The position numbers were made by a program, and so were the translations under genes. DNA of 48,529 nucleotides from Nitrospinota bacterium (lineage in GTDB: Bacteria; UBA8248): the NCBI GenBank assembly GCA_036231405.1, contig JAZAHK010000023.1, positions 1 through 48,529 on the forward strand. The letters are read 5' to 3'. The notes under the pieces were generated by a model. That model was not told where the DNA came from. It did not search any database and saw only the letters and a program-made list of their open reading frames with translations. Below are positions 1 through 9,407 of the stretch, in pieces. Numbering within the stretch: the stretch's first letter is position 1; the number at the start of each line of letters is the position of its first letter.

Positions 1-48
1 TTTTTGTATTTATATTCTTTTTCTTTTCCTGACTTTTAGGGTGTTGTC

Positions 49-357
49 TTGACTAAATTAGACATAGTTACTCTTGTTTCGGAAGATACCGGGTTAAGTA
101 AAGTTAAGTCTGAGGAAGCAGTAGAGACAATTTTTAACGCAATTAAAAGTAGTCTAGCTAATGGAGATCCCGTAGTTCTTCGTAGATTTGGTTCTTTCGA
201 TGTTAGAGAGAAAAATGCTCGAATAGGCAGGAACCCCAAAACAGGGGAAGAAGCTGAAATAAGCGCTCGTAGTGTAGTGAGATTCAAACCTGGGAAATAT
301 TTCAAGTTGGTTCTAAATGATAAATCAAAATTAAATTCTTCTTCACGTTTCTATTAG
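49..357 (+). CDS. HU/IHF family DNA-binding protein
   Basis: N-terminal MTKxDIV and the motif FGSFDVREKNARIGRNPKTGEEAEISARSVVRFKPG; TTG start. HU versus IHF subunit not resolved. Confidence 0.93.
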   Translation: MTKLDIVTLVSEDTGLSKVKSEEAVETIFNAIKSSLANGDPVVLRRFGSFDVREKNARIGRNPKTGEEAEISARSVVRFKPGKYFKLVLNDKSKLNSSSRFY

Positions 358-359
358 TC

Positions 360-1388
360 TTAAGTGATTAACATCGCATCTCCGTAACTATAAAATCTGT
401 AATCTTCCTTAAGTGCAACCTCGTAGGCTCTTTCTATTACTTCTTTACCTGCAAAAGCGATCACTAACGACAAAAGAGTGGATCTTGGTAAATGAAAATT
501 CGTCAGCAATCCGTCTATGACCTTAAATTCATACCCTGGTGTGATGAATAGTTTACTTATCCCTCTTCCTGAATTTAGTGTTTCTCGACTTTTTAAATAA
601 GCGGATTCCAGTGCTCTAGTAACGGTAGTTCCAATCGCAATTATTCTGCCACCTTTTGAACGAGTATCCATTATTTTCATCACAGTCTCTTTAGGGATAT
701 CATATTTTTCTTCATGCATTTTGTGTTCTTTAATATTTTTACTTTTGATAGGAGTGAACGTACCAAGACCAATATCTAAAGTTACTTCTGTAATGTTTAT
801 TCTATTTTCAAGAATTTTTCTAATGAGTTTTTTCGAGAAATGAAGTCCTGCTGTTGGTGCAGCTATCGAACCAGGTTTTTTTGAGAAAACAGTTTGGTAT
901 CTTTTATAGTCAATAGACTCAGATCTTCTACCGAGGTAGGGTGGGATTGGGACTTCTCCTTCTAACTCTAACCAATTCTCAAAGTCCTTGTTCTCAGTGA
1001 AGTGGAGAATTCTTTCCTCTCCTTTGAATTCTATTATTGCCGAAAGCCCTTCTTTAAATTCAATTTTTTCATTTTCTTTTATTTTTCTGTTTGCAGATAA
1101 AAGCGCCCGAAAAGTTGTCTCAGATTCTCTGTCGTAAAGAAGGGTTTCCACTTTCGCTCCTGTTGAAAGATTCCCGTAGAATCTCCAATTATTAACTTTC
1201 GTGTTGTTGAATACTATCAAGTCATTCACGCTTAAAATATCTGGCAAGTTATTTATTTTATAGTGTTCAATTTTGGAATCTGTTTTGTTAAGAAATAGAA
1301 CTTTGGAGTCTTCTCTCTTAGTTAATGGATATTTGGCTATTCTATTTTTAGGTAGTTCGTAGTCAAAGTTATCTAAATTTAAGGACAT
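360..1388 (-). CDS. queA: S-adenosylmethionine:tRNA ribosyltransferase-isomerase
   Basis: Motifs FDYELP..IA, VFNNTKV, PIPPY, YQTVF, AAPTAGLHF, GTTVTRALES, LTNFHLPRSTL, YRFYSYGDAM. Confidence 0.97.
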   Translation of the reverse strand: MSLNLDNFDYELPKNRIAKYPLTKREDSKVLFLNKTDSKIEHYKINNLPDILSVNDLIVFNNTKVNNWRFYGNLSTGAKVETLLYDRESETTFRALLSANRKIKENEKIEFKEGLSAIIEFKGEERILHFTENKDFENWLELEGEVPIPPYLGRRSESIDYKRYQTVFSKKPGSIAAPTAGLHFSKKLIRKILENRINITEVTLDIGLGTFTPIKSKNIKEHKMHEEKYDIPKETVMKIMDTRSKGGRIIAIGTTVTRALESAYLKSRETLNSGRGISKLFITPGYEFKVIDGLLTNFHLPRSTLLSLVIAFAGKEVIERAYEVALKEDYRFYSYGDAMLIT

Positions 1389-1410
1389 TTTCGAAGTTTT
1401 CTTTTAAAGT

Positions 1411-2169
1411 TTATTTATTTTCTTTATTTGAATATTTTAAGTTTGCTTGCCTTATCATACCTCGCATGGTTCTTACTTCTTTTTTAGTTGGCTCAATACG
1501 ATTTATCATTTTTCTAAATGTCCTTGTAACTCGTTGTGGTTCATAATAAGGAACGAATCCTATGTTTGTTGATATCTCAAGTATTTGTTCTAGTAATTCC
1601 TCAATTTCTTTCCTCGACGCAATTATTTCTCCTTCTCTTTGAATATCTGGACTTTCAGGTTTGTCGAATTCGTTCGGATTAGACATGAAAATTTCCCAAA
1701 GCGTTAAGAGGACTGCCTGTGATAAATTATAAGATTCTGATTTCGGCCGTGCAGGGATTATCAAGTGTTCTTGGCATAGTTCCATTTCTTCTTTAAAAAG
1801 TCCCATGTCTTCTTGTCCAAAAACAATAGCTACTTTTTTCCCAAGAATTGATTGGTAAATTTTGTTAGCATCTTCTCTTAAAGATAAGGAAGGGGTTCTT
1901 TTTCTTCCAACCCTTCTAGAGGTGGCTATAGTATGATTACAGTCCATGATTGCATCTTTTAGGGTAGGATAGTGTAAGGCGGAACTGAGAATGTCTTGTC
2001 CCGCCATCGCCATGGAATGAGCTTTTATGTCTTTAATATCACACATCGGTGATACTACTCTTAAATGTGTAAGTCCAAAATGAGTCATCGCTCGAGCTAT
2101 AGAACCAACGTTTGAAGTTCCTTTAGGTCTCACGAGGATGATCACAAGGTTTTGTTCTTTTTTAATCAT
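1411..2169 (-). CDS. trmJ: tRNA (cytidine/uridine-2'-O)-methyltransferase, TrmJ/LasT SPOUT family
   Basis: IILVRP..NVGSIARAM..FG, VAIVFGQEDMGL..EE, SYNLSQAV and C-terminal EVRTMRG. Confidence 0.88.
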   Translation of the reverse strand: MIKKEQNLVIILVRPKGTSNVGSIARAMTHFGLTHLRVVSPMCDIKDIKAHSMAMAGQDILSSALHYPTLKDAIMDCNHTIATSRRVGRKRTPSLSLREDANKIYQSILGKKVAIVFGQEDMGLFKEEMELCQEHLIIPARPKSESYNLSQAVLLTLWEIFMSNPNEFDKPESPDIQREGEIIASRKEIEELLEQILEISTNIGFVPYYEPQRVTRTFRKMINRIEPTKKEVRTMRGMIRQANLKYSNKENK

Positions 2170-2312
2170 TTTTAAAAAATACCATGTGTTATGATAAGAA
2201 CCAACCTTAAACCCTTTTGAAAAAACTAGATTTTTTAGTTCTAGTATTTATGTTATTTTTCTTGATATTTAAATAATTTGTTCAATTTGCTTTTGTTCTG
2301 GAAGGAAATAAA

Positions 2313-2687
2313 TTGTCAGATATTTCGGAAACTTTTACTAAAGGAAATCTTCACGATCTTGTTGAATTGTTAATAGTCCCAAGTAGGTGTGGTTTTTTTT
2401 TGACGAGAAATAGAATTAGAGAAATTGGTGTCGAGATGAGTCTTAGAACTGGAATCCAGACTCGAAAAAGGATGCTTGAAAATCTTTTCAGAGAAGCTGG
2501 TTCTGAAAATAAGATTTATGAATTATTAGGGTTTCTTGATTCAGACGCAAAATTCTGGTTAGAAAGATACAGTTTTTTTACTAAAAGTTGCAGAATTTCT
2601 AAGGCAAGTTGGGAAAATTGGATTAAAGACTTACGTGAATTGAGGAAATATCTTTCTAAATCGCAAAAATGGTCTAAAGATCAATAA
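2313..2687 (+). CDS. hypothetical protein
   Basis: 124-aa ORF fills the gap; TTG start with GGAAGGA SD-like sequence upstream; no recognisable family. Confidence 0.7.
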   Translation: MSDISETFTKGNLHDLVELLIVPSRCGFFLTRNRIREIGVEMSLRTGIQTRKRMLENLFREAGSENKIYELLGFLDSDAKFWLERYSFFTKSCRISKASWENWIKDLRELRKYLSKSQKWSKDQ

Positions 2688-2721
2688 AAGATTTAAAATA
2701 AAATTTGTTAAGGAAATAATC

Positions 2722-3363
2722 TCAATTCCTTTTCGATATGTCCTCAATATATTTTCTATCTTCCAAAATAAAATCCTGAGTCCAGGTACATAATTCTTTA
2801 TAAAAGAATGTTTTGGAATCTCTTTCTATGGCTGTCAGATAAATAGGTGCCCATTTTAGTAAGTGATTGTCTAGAAATTTCGATGACAAATTCAACCATT
2901 TGTAATATTCATTTTCGTTCTCATCGGTGAGACTGTTGTGTTGATTTTTTGCCAGATGGGACATGAATTCTAATTCTACGCTAATATGGTCCATTGACAT
3001 TACACTATGAAATTTTTGCCCTACATTCTTTGCACCAGGGTTGAAGCCTGTATGTCTGAAGAAATCATTTACGTTGTCGGTTATCTTGGAATTTAAGAAA
3101 CCACTTTCATCTAATAAGACGGATTCATATGGTGGAGACGAAAGGACAAATAAATTAGTAAAATCTGTTCTTAGATTTTTAATCAAATCCTCTAAAGGAA
3201 TATCATTTTCCCTGAAAAGAAATGAGTAATTTTCATTGAGAAATTTCAATAACTTTATTTCTGGAGGGTCCAGAAGAGCGATAGACATTACCCTATACAA
3301 CTCTTCTCTTAATTTTGATTGTAGATTTAGTTCCTCAAAGGTTTCGGAACGTCTAGGCCAAAT
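2722..3363 (-). CDS. TorD/DmsD-family molybdoenzyme maturation chaperone (start uncertain: ATT at 3363 or TTG at 3300)
   Basis: PPYES, DHISVELEFM, FLDNHLLKW and FY motifs; directly downstream of the molybdoenzyme; reading frame is open upstream to an ATT 8 nt after AAGGAG. Confidence 0.85.
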   Translation of the reverse strand: MWPRRSETFEELNLQSKLREELYRVMSIALLDPPEIKLLKFLNENYSFLFRENDIPLEDLIKNLRTDFTNLFVLSSPPYESVLLDESGFLNSKITDNVNDFFRHTGFNPGAKNVGQKFHSVMSMDHISVELEFMSHLAKNQHNSLTDENENEYYKWLNLSSKFLDNHLLKWAPIYLTAIERDSKTFFYKELCTWTQDFILEDRKYIEDISKRN

Positions 3364-3368
3364 TTTTT

Positions 3369-6242
3369 CTACTCCTTTAACAAATATGCATCGGCTTGGG
3401 GTTTATTTGGCCTAAGAAACCATAGAGGCCTTCTTAATCCATTCGGTCCCGGAGCAGGCCTAGCCATTTCCAGCCATTTTTTATAGTGTGCAAAACTTTT
3501 CTCAGTGTCTACTTTTATATCACCGTAACGTTCTGAGGAGGTTGCCTTAGCCAATTTAACTTTTTGGTGCCAGCAGTGCATTCCACTAATTGGATCTGGA
3601 TTTACAGGAAAAGTTAAATTTTGATTTACTCCAATTTCTTTCCACCAAATTCTCTCAGTATCAGGGTCATCACTTTTAAATGGCTCTACGCCGTGGATTT
3701 GATTCATGGTGAACTCACCCTCTTTCTCTTCTATCTTAACTAGGGCTGAAGCAATTTTGGGTGCTCCGATATTTTCATTTAATCTCCAACGACCCAAATG
3801 GTGAGCCATCGCAACTATTCCAGGTTTTAGACCTTCTGTTACCCAGCAACGTGTTACGAAATAACCTATCTCCGTTTCTACTTTGATTAAATCGTCTGTT
3901 TTAATTCCCATGCGTAAAGCATCTTCGGTATGTATCCAAAGAGGATTATTGTGCGTGATTTCGTATAACCACTTCACTGCAGACCTAGTATGGATTAAGG
4001 TAGGCAATCTATAGTTTGGAAGCAAATCGAATTCGTTTTCACTCTTATCCATGTCTCTCCAGTAAACATGTGTTTTTTTGTAAGAAGGAATAGCGTGTTC
4101 AGGCCAGTTCCAATCAGTCATTGTATGACTATAAAATTCTAGTTTTTTTGAAGGAGTATTAAAACCAATTCTTGCTTTTCCTTCACTCATATTCCCAATA
4201 GTTTTTCCGTTGTCATTGATAGTTCCATCAAGTTCAGCAATTTCAGCACTTTCTAAATCATTTTCGGGAAGTTCCTTCATATGGACCTTATAGATATTGT
4301 CCTCAACGGTGAATGTTCCATATTTCCTCATGTATTCTAGTGGGGAGAGACCCTCTTTTTCAGAGGCTTCTGGAAGACCTGGAACTCCATTTTCAAACAT
4401 CCATTGGTAATATTCGTTGACTGTGATTTTCTCTCCATCTCTGTATGGACTCTCAAAATATTTTCTTATGCCCAAAGAACCGTCAGGGTCAATTCTCCAA
4501 GAAAGTTCAATTAAGAATTCATTTTCTTCCCATACTTCTCCAGGATTAGTATCTCTTGTAGTTTCAACGGTTTCTCCTAACTTTTCTCTTGCCACACGAA
4601 GTACAGGTTGTCTGAATCCGACCCATTTCGCTGGATGAGTTTCCTGACTTTGATTGTCGTGTCTTTCTGTTGCGACACCCATCGGTAGGATGTAGTCTGC
4701 AAACCACGCAGTTTCACTCCAAGTTGGTGTAAGGGCAACGTGACAACCGATTTTGTCTTCGTCCTTTAACATATCAACCCACATAAAACCATCTGGATTT
4801 GTCCATACAGGGTTATATACACGAGTAAAGTATGTATCAATTTTATGACCTTTATCTTTCATTAAGTGTGGCATTAAAAAACTCATTTCGAAATGAGCTA
4901 GAGGATATTCTGGTGGATAAAGTAGTTCGTTCCAGTCTTTTGGTCCAGGAGCAGGATTTGGATGGGAAGGAACAAATTTATGCCAACTTGCTAAATGTGT
5001 TCCTCCAACGGTACCTATTGCACCTGTTAAAGAAGGAATGAAATGAAGACATCTTGCAACTTGCCATCCATTGAGATTTCCCGTTGCTGCAGCTCTCCAA
5101 ACGTGAACAGACAGTCGACTTCCTGCTCTAGCTATGACTTGAGCAACTTCTGCTATTTGTTCTATAGATACACCACTTTCTTCCGATGCATATTCAAAGG
5201 TAAATTCCGCATACTCTTCTTTTAGTCTAATTATAAAGTTATCAAAAGTGATTTCATCTTGTGGGTGAACAGAACTTAAGTATTCAGCCCAGTTAAACCA
5301 TTCTTGAACAAATTTCTCATCAAACTGTCCAGTTTCTAGTAGGTAGCGAACGATGGAAAGTAGGATTGAGGGCTCAGTTCCACTGAATGCAGGGAGCCAA
5401 TAGTCTGCTTTTGCCGCAGTATTTGAAAGTCTAGGGTCAATTACTATGATCTTTGCGCCATTCATCTGAGCTTCAATTATTCGTTGAGCAGAAGGGTTGA
5501 AGTAGTGTCCAGTATCTAAATGACTACTGATCAAAAGAATTGCTTCTGCATTAGAAAAATCTGGAGATGGGCGATCTGAACCATTCCAAAGATATTGGCC
5601 AATTCTGGCAGATGAACTGCATACGTTTGTGTGACTATTGTGGCCGTCTACTCCCCAACTTGCCAATGTGCGGAACATAAATCCATCTTCACCAGGTCTT
5701 CCTACGTGGTACATGATTTCGTTTCGTCTTTCTTCTTCTATAGATTTTCTGATTCTTCCTGCAAGATCATCGAGAACTTCATCCCAGCTTACTCTTTCCC
5801 ATTCTCCTTCGCCTCGTTTGCCTACTCTTTTTAAAGGGTAAAGAATTCGATCGGGGTCATTAACTTGATTAAGGGTTACCCATCCCTTTGCACAGTTTCT
5901 TCCTCTAGAGCCAGGATGGAGCGGGTTTCCCTCTATCTTCCTAATTTTCATATCATCTTTGTCAACATATGCTAGAAGGCCGCAACCTGCTTCACAATTG
6001 AAGCAAAGAGTAGGGACAAGAGAATAGTTTCTTTGAGTTTTTTCAGGCCAAGTTCCACTTTCAAACTCAGTCCAGTTATCCCATTCTTCAGGAGGTGGAT
6101 ATGATCTTAATTTCCCATTTTTTTTAACATTATTTTTTTTGCCTGGAACTGAGGGTAATTTAGAAGATTCTAAAAGTTCAGGGTATCCTAGTGAAGATAT
6201 GTTATGAGCCCCTATTCCAGATTGTAAATGCTTTGAAACCAT
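3369..6242 (-). CDS. DMSO-reductase-superfamily molybdopterin oxidoreductase catalytic subunit (Psr/Phs-like), no Tat signal
   Basis: 4Fe-4S motif CFNCEAGC...NCAKG, DRILYPLKR, WERVSWDE, HTNVC (putative Cys ligand), IDPRLSNTAAKAD, ETAWFADYILP, C-terminal MGD-binding domain. Confidence 0.93.
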   Translation of the reverse strand: MVSKHLQSGIGAHNISSLGYPELLESSKLPSVPGKKNNVKKNGKLRSYPPPEEWDNWTEFESGTWPEKTQRNYSLVPTLCFNCEAGCGLLAYVDKDDMKIRKIEGNPLHPGSRGRNCAKGWVTLNQVNDPDRILYPLKRVGKRGEGEWERVSWDEVLDDLAGRIRKSIEEERRNEIMYHVGRPGEDGFMFRTLASWGVDGHNSHTNVCSSSARIGQYLWNGSDRPSPDFSNAEAILLISSHLDTGHYFNPSAQRIIEAQMNGAKIIVIDPRLSNTAAKADYWLPAFSGTEPSILLSIVRYLLETGQFDEKFVQEWFNWAEYLSSVHPQDEITFDNFIIRLKEEYAEFTFEYASEESGVSIEQIAEVAQVIARAGSRLSVHVWRAAATGNLNGWQVARCLHFIPSLTGAIGTVGGTHLASWHKFVPSHPNPAPGPKDWNELLYPPEYPLAHFEMSFLMPHLMKDKGHKIDTYFTRVYNPVWTNPDGFMWVDMLKDEDKIGCHVALTPTWSETAWFADYILPMGVATERHDNQSQETHPAKWVGFRQPVLRVAREKLGETVETTRDTNPGEVWEENEFLIELSWRIDPDGSLGIRKYFESPYRDGEKITVNEYYQWMFENGVPGLPEASEKEGLSPLEYMRKYGTFTVEDNIYKVHMKELPENDLESAEIAELDGTINDNGKTIGNMSEGKARIGFNTPSKKLEFYSHTMTDWNWPEHAIPSYKKTHVYWRDMDKSENEFDLLPNYRLPTLIHTRSAVKWLYEITHNNPLWIHTEDALRMGIKTDDLIKVETEIGYFVTRCWVTEGLKPGIVAMAHHLGRWRLNENIGAPKIASALVKIEEKEGEFTMNQIHGVEPFKSDDPDTERIWWKEIGVNQNLTFPVNPDPISGMHCWHQKVKLAKATSSERYGDIKVDTEKSFAHYKKWLEMARPAPGPNGLRRPLWFLRPNKPQADAYLLKE

Positions 6243-6258
6243 TTCTTCTCCTTGAAAA

Positions 6259-7779
6259 TTAAGACAACGGGATCTTCTGTCCTGCTTGGACCCATATTTT
6301 GTCCCAGTAGTAAGAGCCTAGCATAATCAGCGAACTCGCAAGTAGTAAAGTAAAATAGTTGTATCCAATCGACCAGAAAATAAACATAGGAACTCCACAT
6401 CCAGCTATGATTGCTCCATTCCAAAATTCCTTTTTGAAGGGACCATTCAGAATTAGCTCTATGGAACGCTCATGCGCAACAGAGCCATATCTGTGTAGAA
6501 GGATTGAAAACATCAATATGGAGAAATGGATGAGTGTACAAACTGTGATTGTGTTTCCAAGTATGTTAAGAACATTTTCTTTGTTAGTGATTGGAAAAAT
6601 AATCACAAAAAAAGCTAAAATTGCAGCACCTTTAAGGATCGATAGAACTCCTATATCTATTGTATTTTCACTTCCCTTCCATAGGTCTCTTGCGCTGGCT
6701 TGAGCGAAGAAGAATCCGGTGTAGATAGAAGAGAGAAATGAAACTAAGATCGTAGGCCATAGGATCGAATTCAAAAAACCATCATTACTTGTCATCGCTC
6801 CAAGTAACCAAAGTAGAATAAAAATTCCCTTTAAGGTTATGAACCAAGTTCCCCAGGTCATCCAACTATTCCAGTTTGAACGAAGTAAAATGTAGTAAAA
6901 GCGTTCTGGTTTTTTCAAATCAGTAATTAGAACATATCCGGTTACCGTTAGGAGAATTCCACTTAATACAGGCATCCAAATTGAGAAAAGACTACTTTTG
7001 TAATCTAACCACCATAAGAAAAGGCTTAGCATCAATAGTCCAGTGCTGGCTCCTTTTGTCATTAGGTATGAAATGATATTTTTGTCCCAAGGAATGTTAT
7101 GGAAAGTGTCATAAACTGTTCGGCTTTCCTGAGGATCATTTTTGAATTCCGGGACAGATTGTTTCAATTCGTCGTTCATTTCTCCTTGTTTGTATATTCC
7201 AGATTGCATAGGTTTTGTTGGATCCAGAAGTTGTTGACTTCCATTTACATAATAAATATTAGGAGAAGTATTGTACTCGGGTTTTCTTACATTGTGGGGT
7301 TCATGTGTTAGCAACTTATTGATTTTTGCATCGGGGTCTTCTAAATCTCCAAATACCCTGCATTCTGTTGGGCAAACAACGACACATGCCGGTTCCAAAT
7401 CTGCTTCAAGTCTATTAGCACAAAAATTACATTTTTCGGCGGTGCTAGTATTTGGATCTATAAAAATTTGATCATACGGGCAAGCTGCTATACATGACTT
7501 GCATCCTATGCACCACTCTGGGTCCAAATCTACAATGCCGTCATCTCTTCTGAAAAGTGCTTTTGTTGGACAGATATTTTGACAAGGAGCATCATCACAT
7601 TGATTACAAAGAACAGGCAAGAACTCTCGTCTTGTATTCGGGAATGTTCCTTTCTCTACTTCTTTCACCCAACAACGCCAGGTGCCTATTGGAATATCAT
7701 GTTCTGATTTACAAGCTATTGTACAAGCGTGACAGCCAATGCATGCTCTTAGATCAATTGCCATAGCATATTTATTCAT
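6259..7779 (-). CDS. fused 4Fe-4S electron-transfer subunit (PsrB/DmsB-like) and NrfD/PsrC-like membrane anchor
   Basis: CIGCHACTIAC, CNQCDDAPCQNICP, CIGCKSCIAACPY and KCNFC..PACVVVCP in the N-terminal ~200 aa; then PW..ISY, DLKKPERF, SWMTWG and about 8 hydrophobic helices. Confidence 0.92.
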   Translation of the reverse strand: MNKYAMAIDLRACIGCHACTIACKSEHDIPIGTWRCWVKEVEKGTFPNTRREFLPVLCNQCDDAPCQNICPTKALFRRDDGIVDLDPEWCIGCKSCIAACPYDQIFIDPNTSTAEKCNFCANRLEADLEPACVVVCPTECRVFGDLEDPDAKINKLLTHEPHNVRKPEYNTSPNIYYVNGSQQLLDPTKPMQSGIYKQGEMNDELKQSVPEFKNDPQESRTVYDTFHNIPWDKNIISYLMTKGASTGLLMLSLFLWWLDYKSSLFSIWMPVLSGILLTVTGYVLITDLKKPERFYYILLRSNWNSWMTWGTWFITLKGIFILLWLLGAMTSNDGFLNSILWPTILVSFLSSIYTGFFFAQASARDLWKGSENTIDIGVLSILKGAAILAFFVIIFPITNKENVLNILGNTITVCTLIHFSILMFSILLHRYGSVAHERSIELILNGPFKKEFWNGAIIAGCGVPMFIFWSIGYNYFTLLLASSLIMLGSYYWDKIWVQAGQKIPLS

Positions 7780-7894
7780 CTGGGACTCTCAGAATTATTT
7801 TCGCAACTTTAATGAAACTTTTTATATCATAAAGTGGAAGCGAACAAAACTCGATAAAGAGTAAACAATTAGCTGTTAAAAAAAGTTTGTTTTT

Positions 7895-9124
7895 TTATTC
7901 TATTATTCTAAGGTCTCTTTTTTGTTCAATGAGAGGTACCCACCCATTTTCTTTTACTATGACCGAGTACTCAATCTGGTATCCTCCAAATCCAAAAGTT
8001 CCTATAGGGGCTTCTATATTAATTACAGAATTTACAGGGAGTGGAATTTCTGAAGAACTTGGAAGAAATTTTTGATTATGTTTAGTTTCTTCACCTAAGA
8101 TAAAAGGAAACTCTCTTGCTTCTAGTCCAATCGTGTGACCTGCGAATGGAGCGTCGAATTCAGGAAATTTTGATTTAATCCCATCAAGCAAGGCTTGGTA
8201 TATTTGCCCTCCAGTGCACCCAGCTTTCACGACTTCTAACGATTCAAGGAAACCTTCTTTTATGGCAGACCATTCTTTCTTGATTCGATCACTTGGTTCT
8301 CCAATACAGCCACAACTTCCTGTATCAGCATTGTAGTTTTTGTAAAAAAGTCCGGCATCAAACATAAATAAGTCTCCATTTTGTAACTTCTTATCTGTGG
8401 GTGGAAAAATAAAAACACTCCTGTGCCCACTATTAAAATGGAACCAATGCCACATTCCACCAGGTAGCGCGACTGCCTGCCTCCATATTTCTGCTACTTC
8501 ATTTTCTGTTACTCCTTCTTTTATAAAATTGAAAACTTGCTGTATCGCATTTTCGTTAATAGATGCAGCTTTTCTTAAAACATCGAGTTCATCCTCAGTT
8601 TTTACAAGTCGTATCATTAAGAAAAGGCCTGATGCAGGGGAAAAACTACAATTTGGGAATTCCTTCTCTAGTGCGACAAAAAGATTTTCAGAGCATCCTT
8701 CTTCGTCTAGCGCAATATTCCCTGATGATATCCCTCTATTCCTTAACGCTTTTATCAATCCGTCTAAGAGGGTAGGATTCTCCGCACCGCTCTTATGAAA
8801 TTCTAGATATTTTTCAAATTCAACGTCATCTGGTTCATAATTTTCTTGCCCTATGTGGTACGCTTGTCCTCCATAACTATACACATTTTCAGCGTACCCC
8901 CCGTAAGCTGCATAATATGAATTGTCCGCTCTATTCATTATTAGGTCAGTTCCTGCCCCTTGGTCTTTTGTTAATAGCGCACAGCTTTTCCTCTGCCTAT
9001 ATACCCTTTGTGCCCAGCCAACATGACCTGTAAGGTAAGTCACATTCTCATGAGTTGTAGCGATGATTGCATCAAGATCATTTTCTTGCATCAAAGCCAG
9101 AGTTCTATCCTTATTATAAAGCAT
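7895..9124 (-). CDS. M24 (Xaa-Pro peptidase/creatinase-like) family protein
   Basis: LDAIIAT..ENVTYLTG, RLVKTEDE; metal ligands in FDAG, NADT, GHTIG, NIE and QIE. Confidence 0.88.
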   Translation of the reverse strand: MLYNKDRTLALMQENDLDAIIATTHENVTYLTGHVGWAQRVYRQRKSCALLTKDQGAGTDLIMNRADNSYYAAYGGYAENVYSYGGQAYHIGQENYEPDDVEFEKYLEFHKSGAENPTLLDGLIKALRNRGISSGNIALDEEGCSENLFVALEKEFPNCSFSPASGLFLMIRLVKTEDELDVLRKAASINENAIQQVFNFIKEGVTENEVAEIWRQAVALPGGMWHWFHFNSGHRSVFIFPPTDKKLQNGDLFMFDAGLFYKNYNADTGSCGCIGEPSDRIKKEWSAIKEGFLESLEVVKAGCTGGQIYQALLDGIKSKFPEFDAPFAGHTIGLEAREFPFILGEETKHNQKFLPSSSEIPLPVNSVINIEAPIGTFGFGGYQIEYSVIVKENGWVPLIEQKRDLRIIE

Positions 9125-9309
9125 GGCTGAATCTCCGTGATTTTCGTATATAAGTTATTTTTAAAAATGGAGTTCGATTCATATCATATTCAAACTATTT
9201 TATACAATGAATTCTCTTTCTTTGTTTATTTTTTAAAAAATAAAATTTTACATTTGAAATTGTTTGAAAATTACAATTAAATTTTTGGTGTTTAAATTAA
9301 AAAATTTAA

Positions 9310-9338
9310 TTGACGAGTTAGTTCTATTTCGTAATAAT
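9310..9338 (+). promoter_or_regulatory. putative sigma70 promoter of korAB
   Basis: TTGACG at 9310-9315 followed after 16-17 nt by TAATAA/AATAAT, within a very AT-rich intergenic region. Confidence 0.45.
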
Positions 9339-9407
9339 TTGCGGGTTGCTATTCTTTTTATTTGATTTTTAATTATTTTTTTGGTTTTTATTAAGGGGCA
9401 ATTCTAG

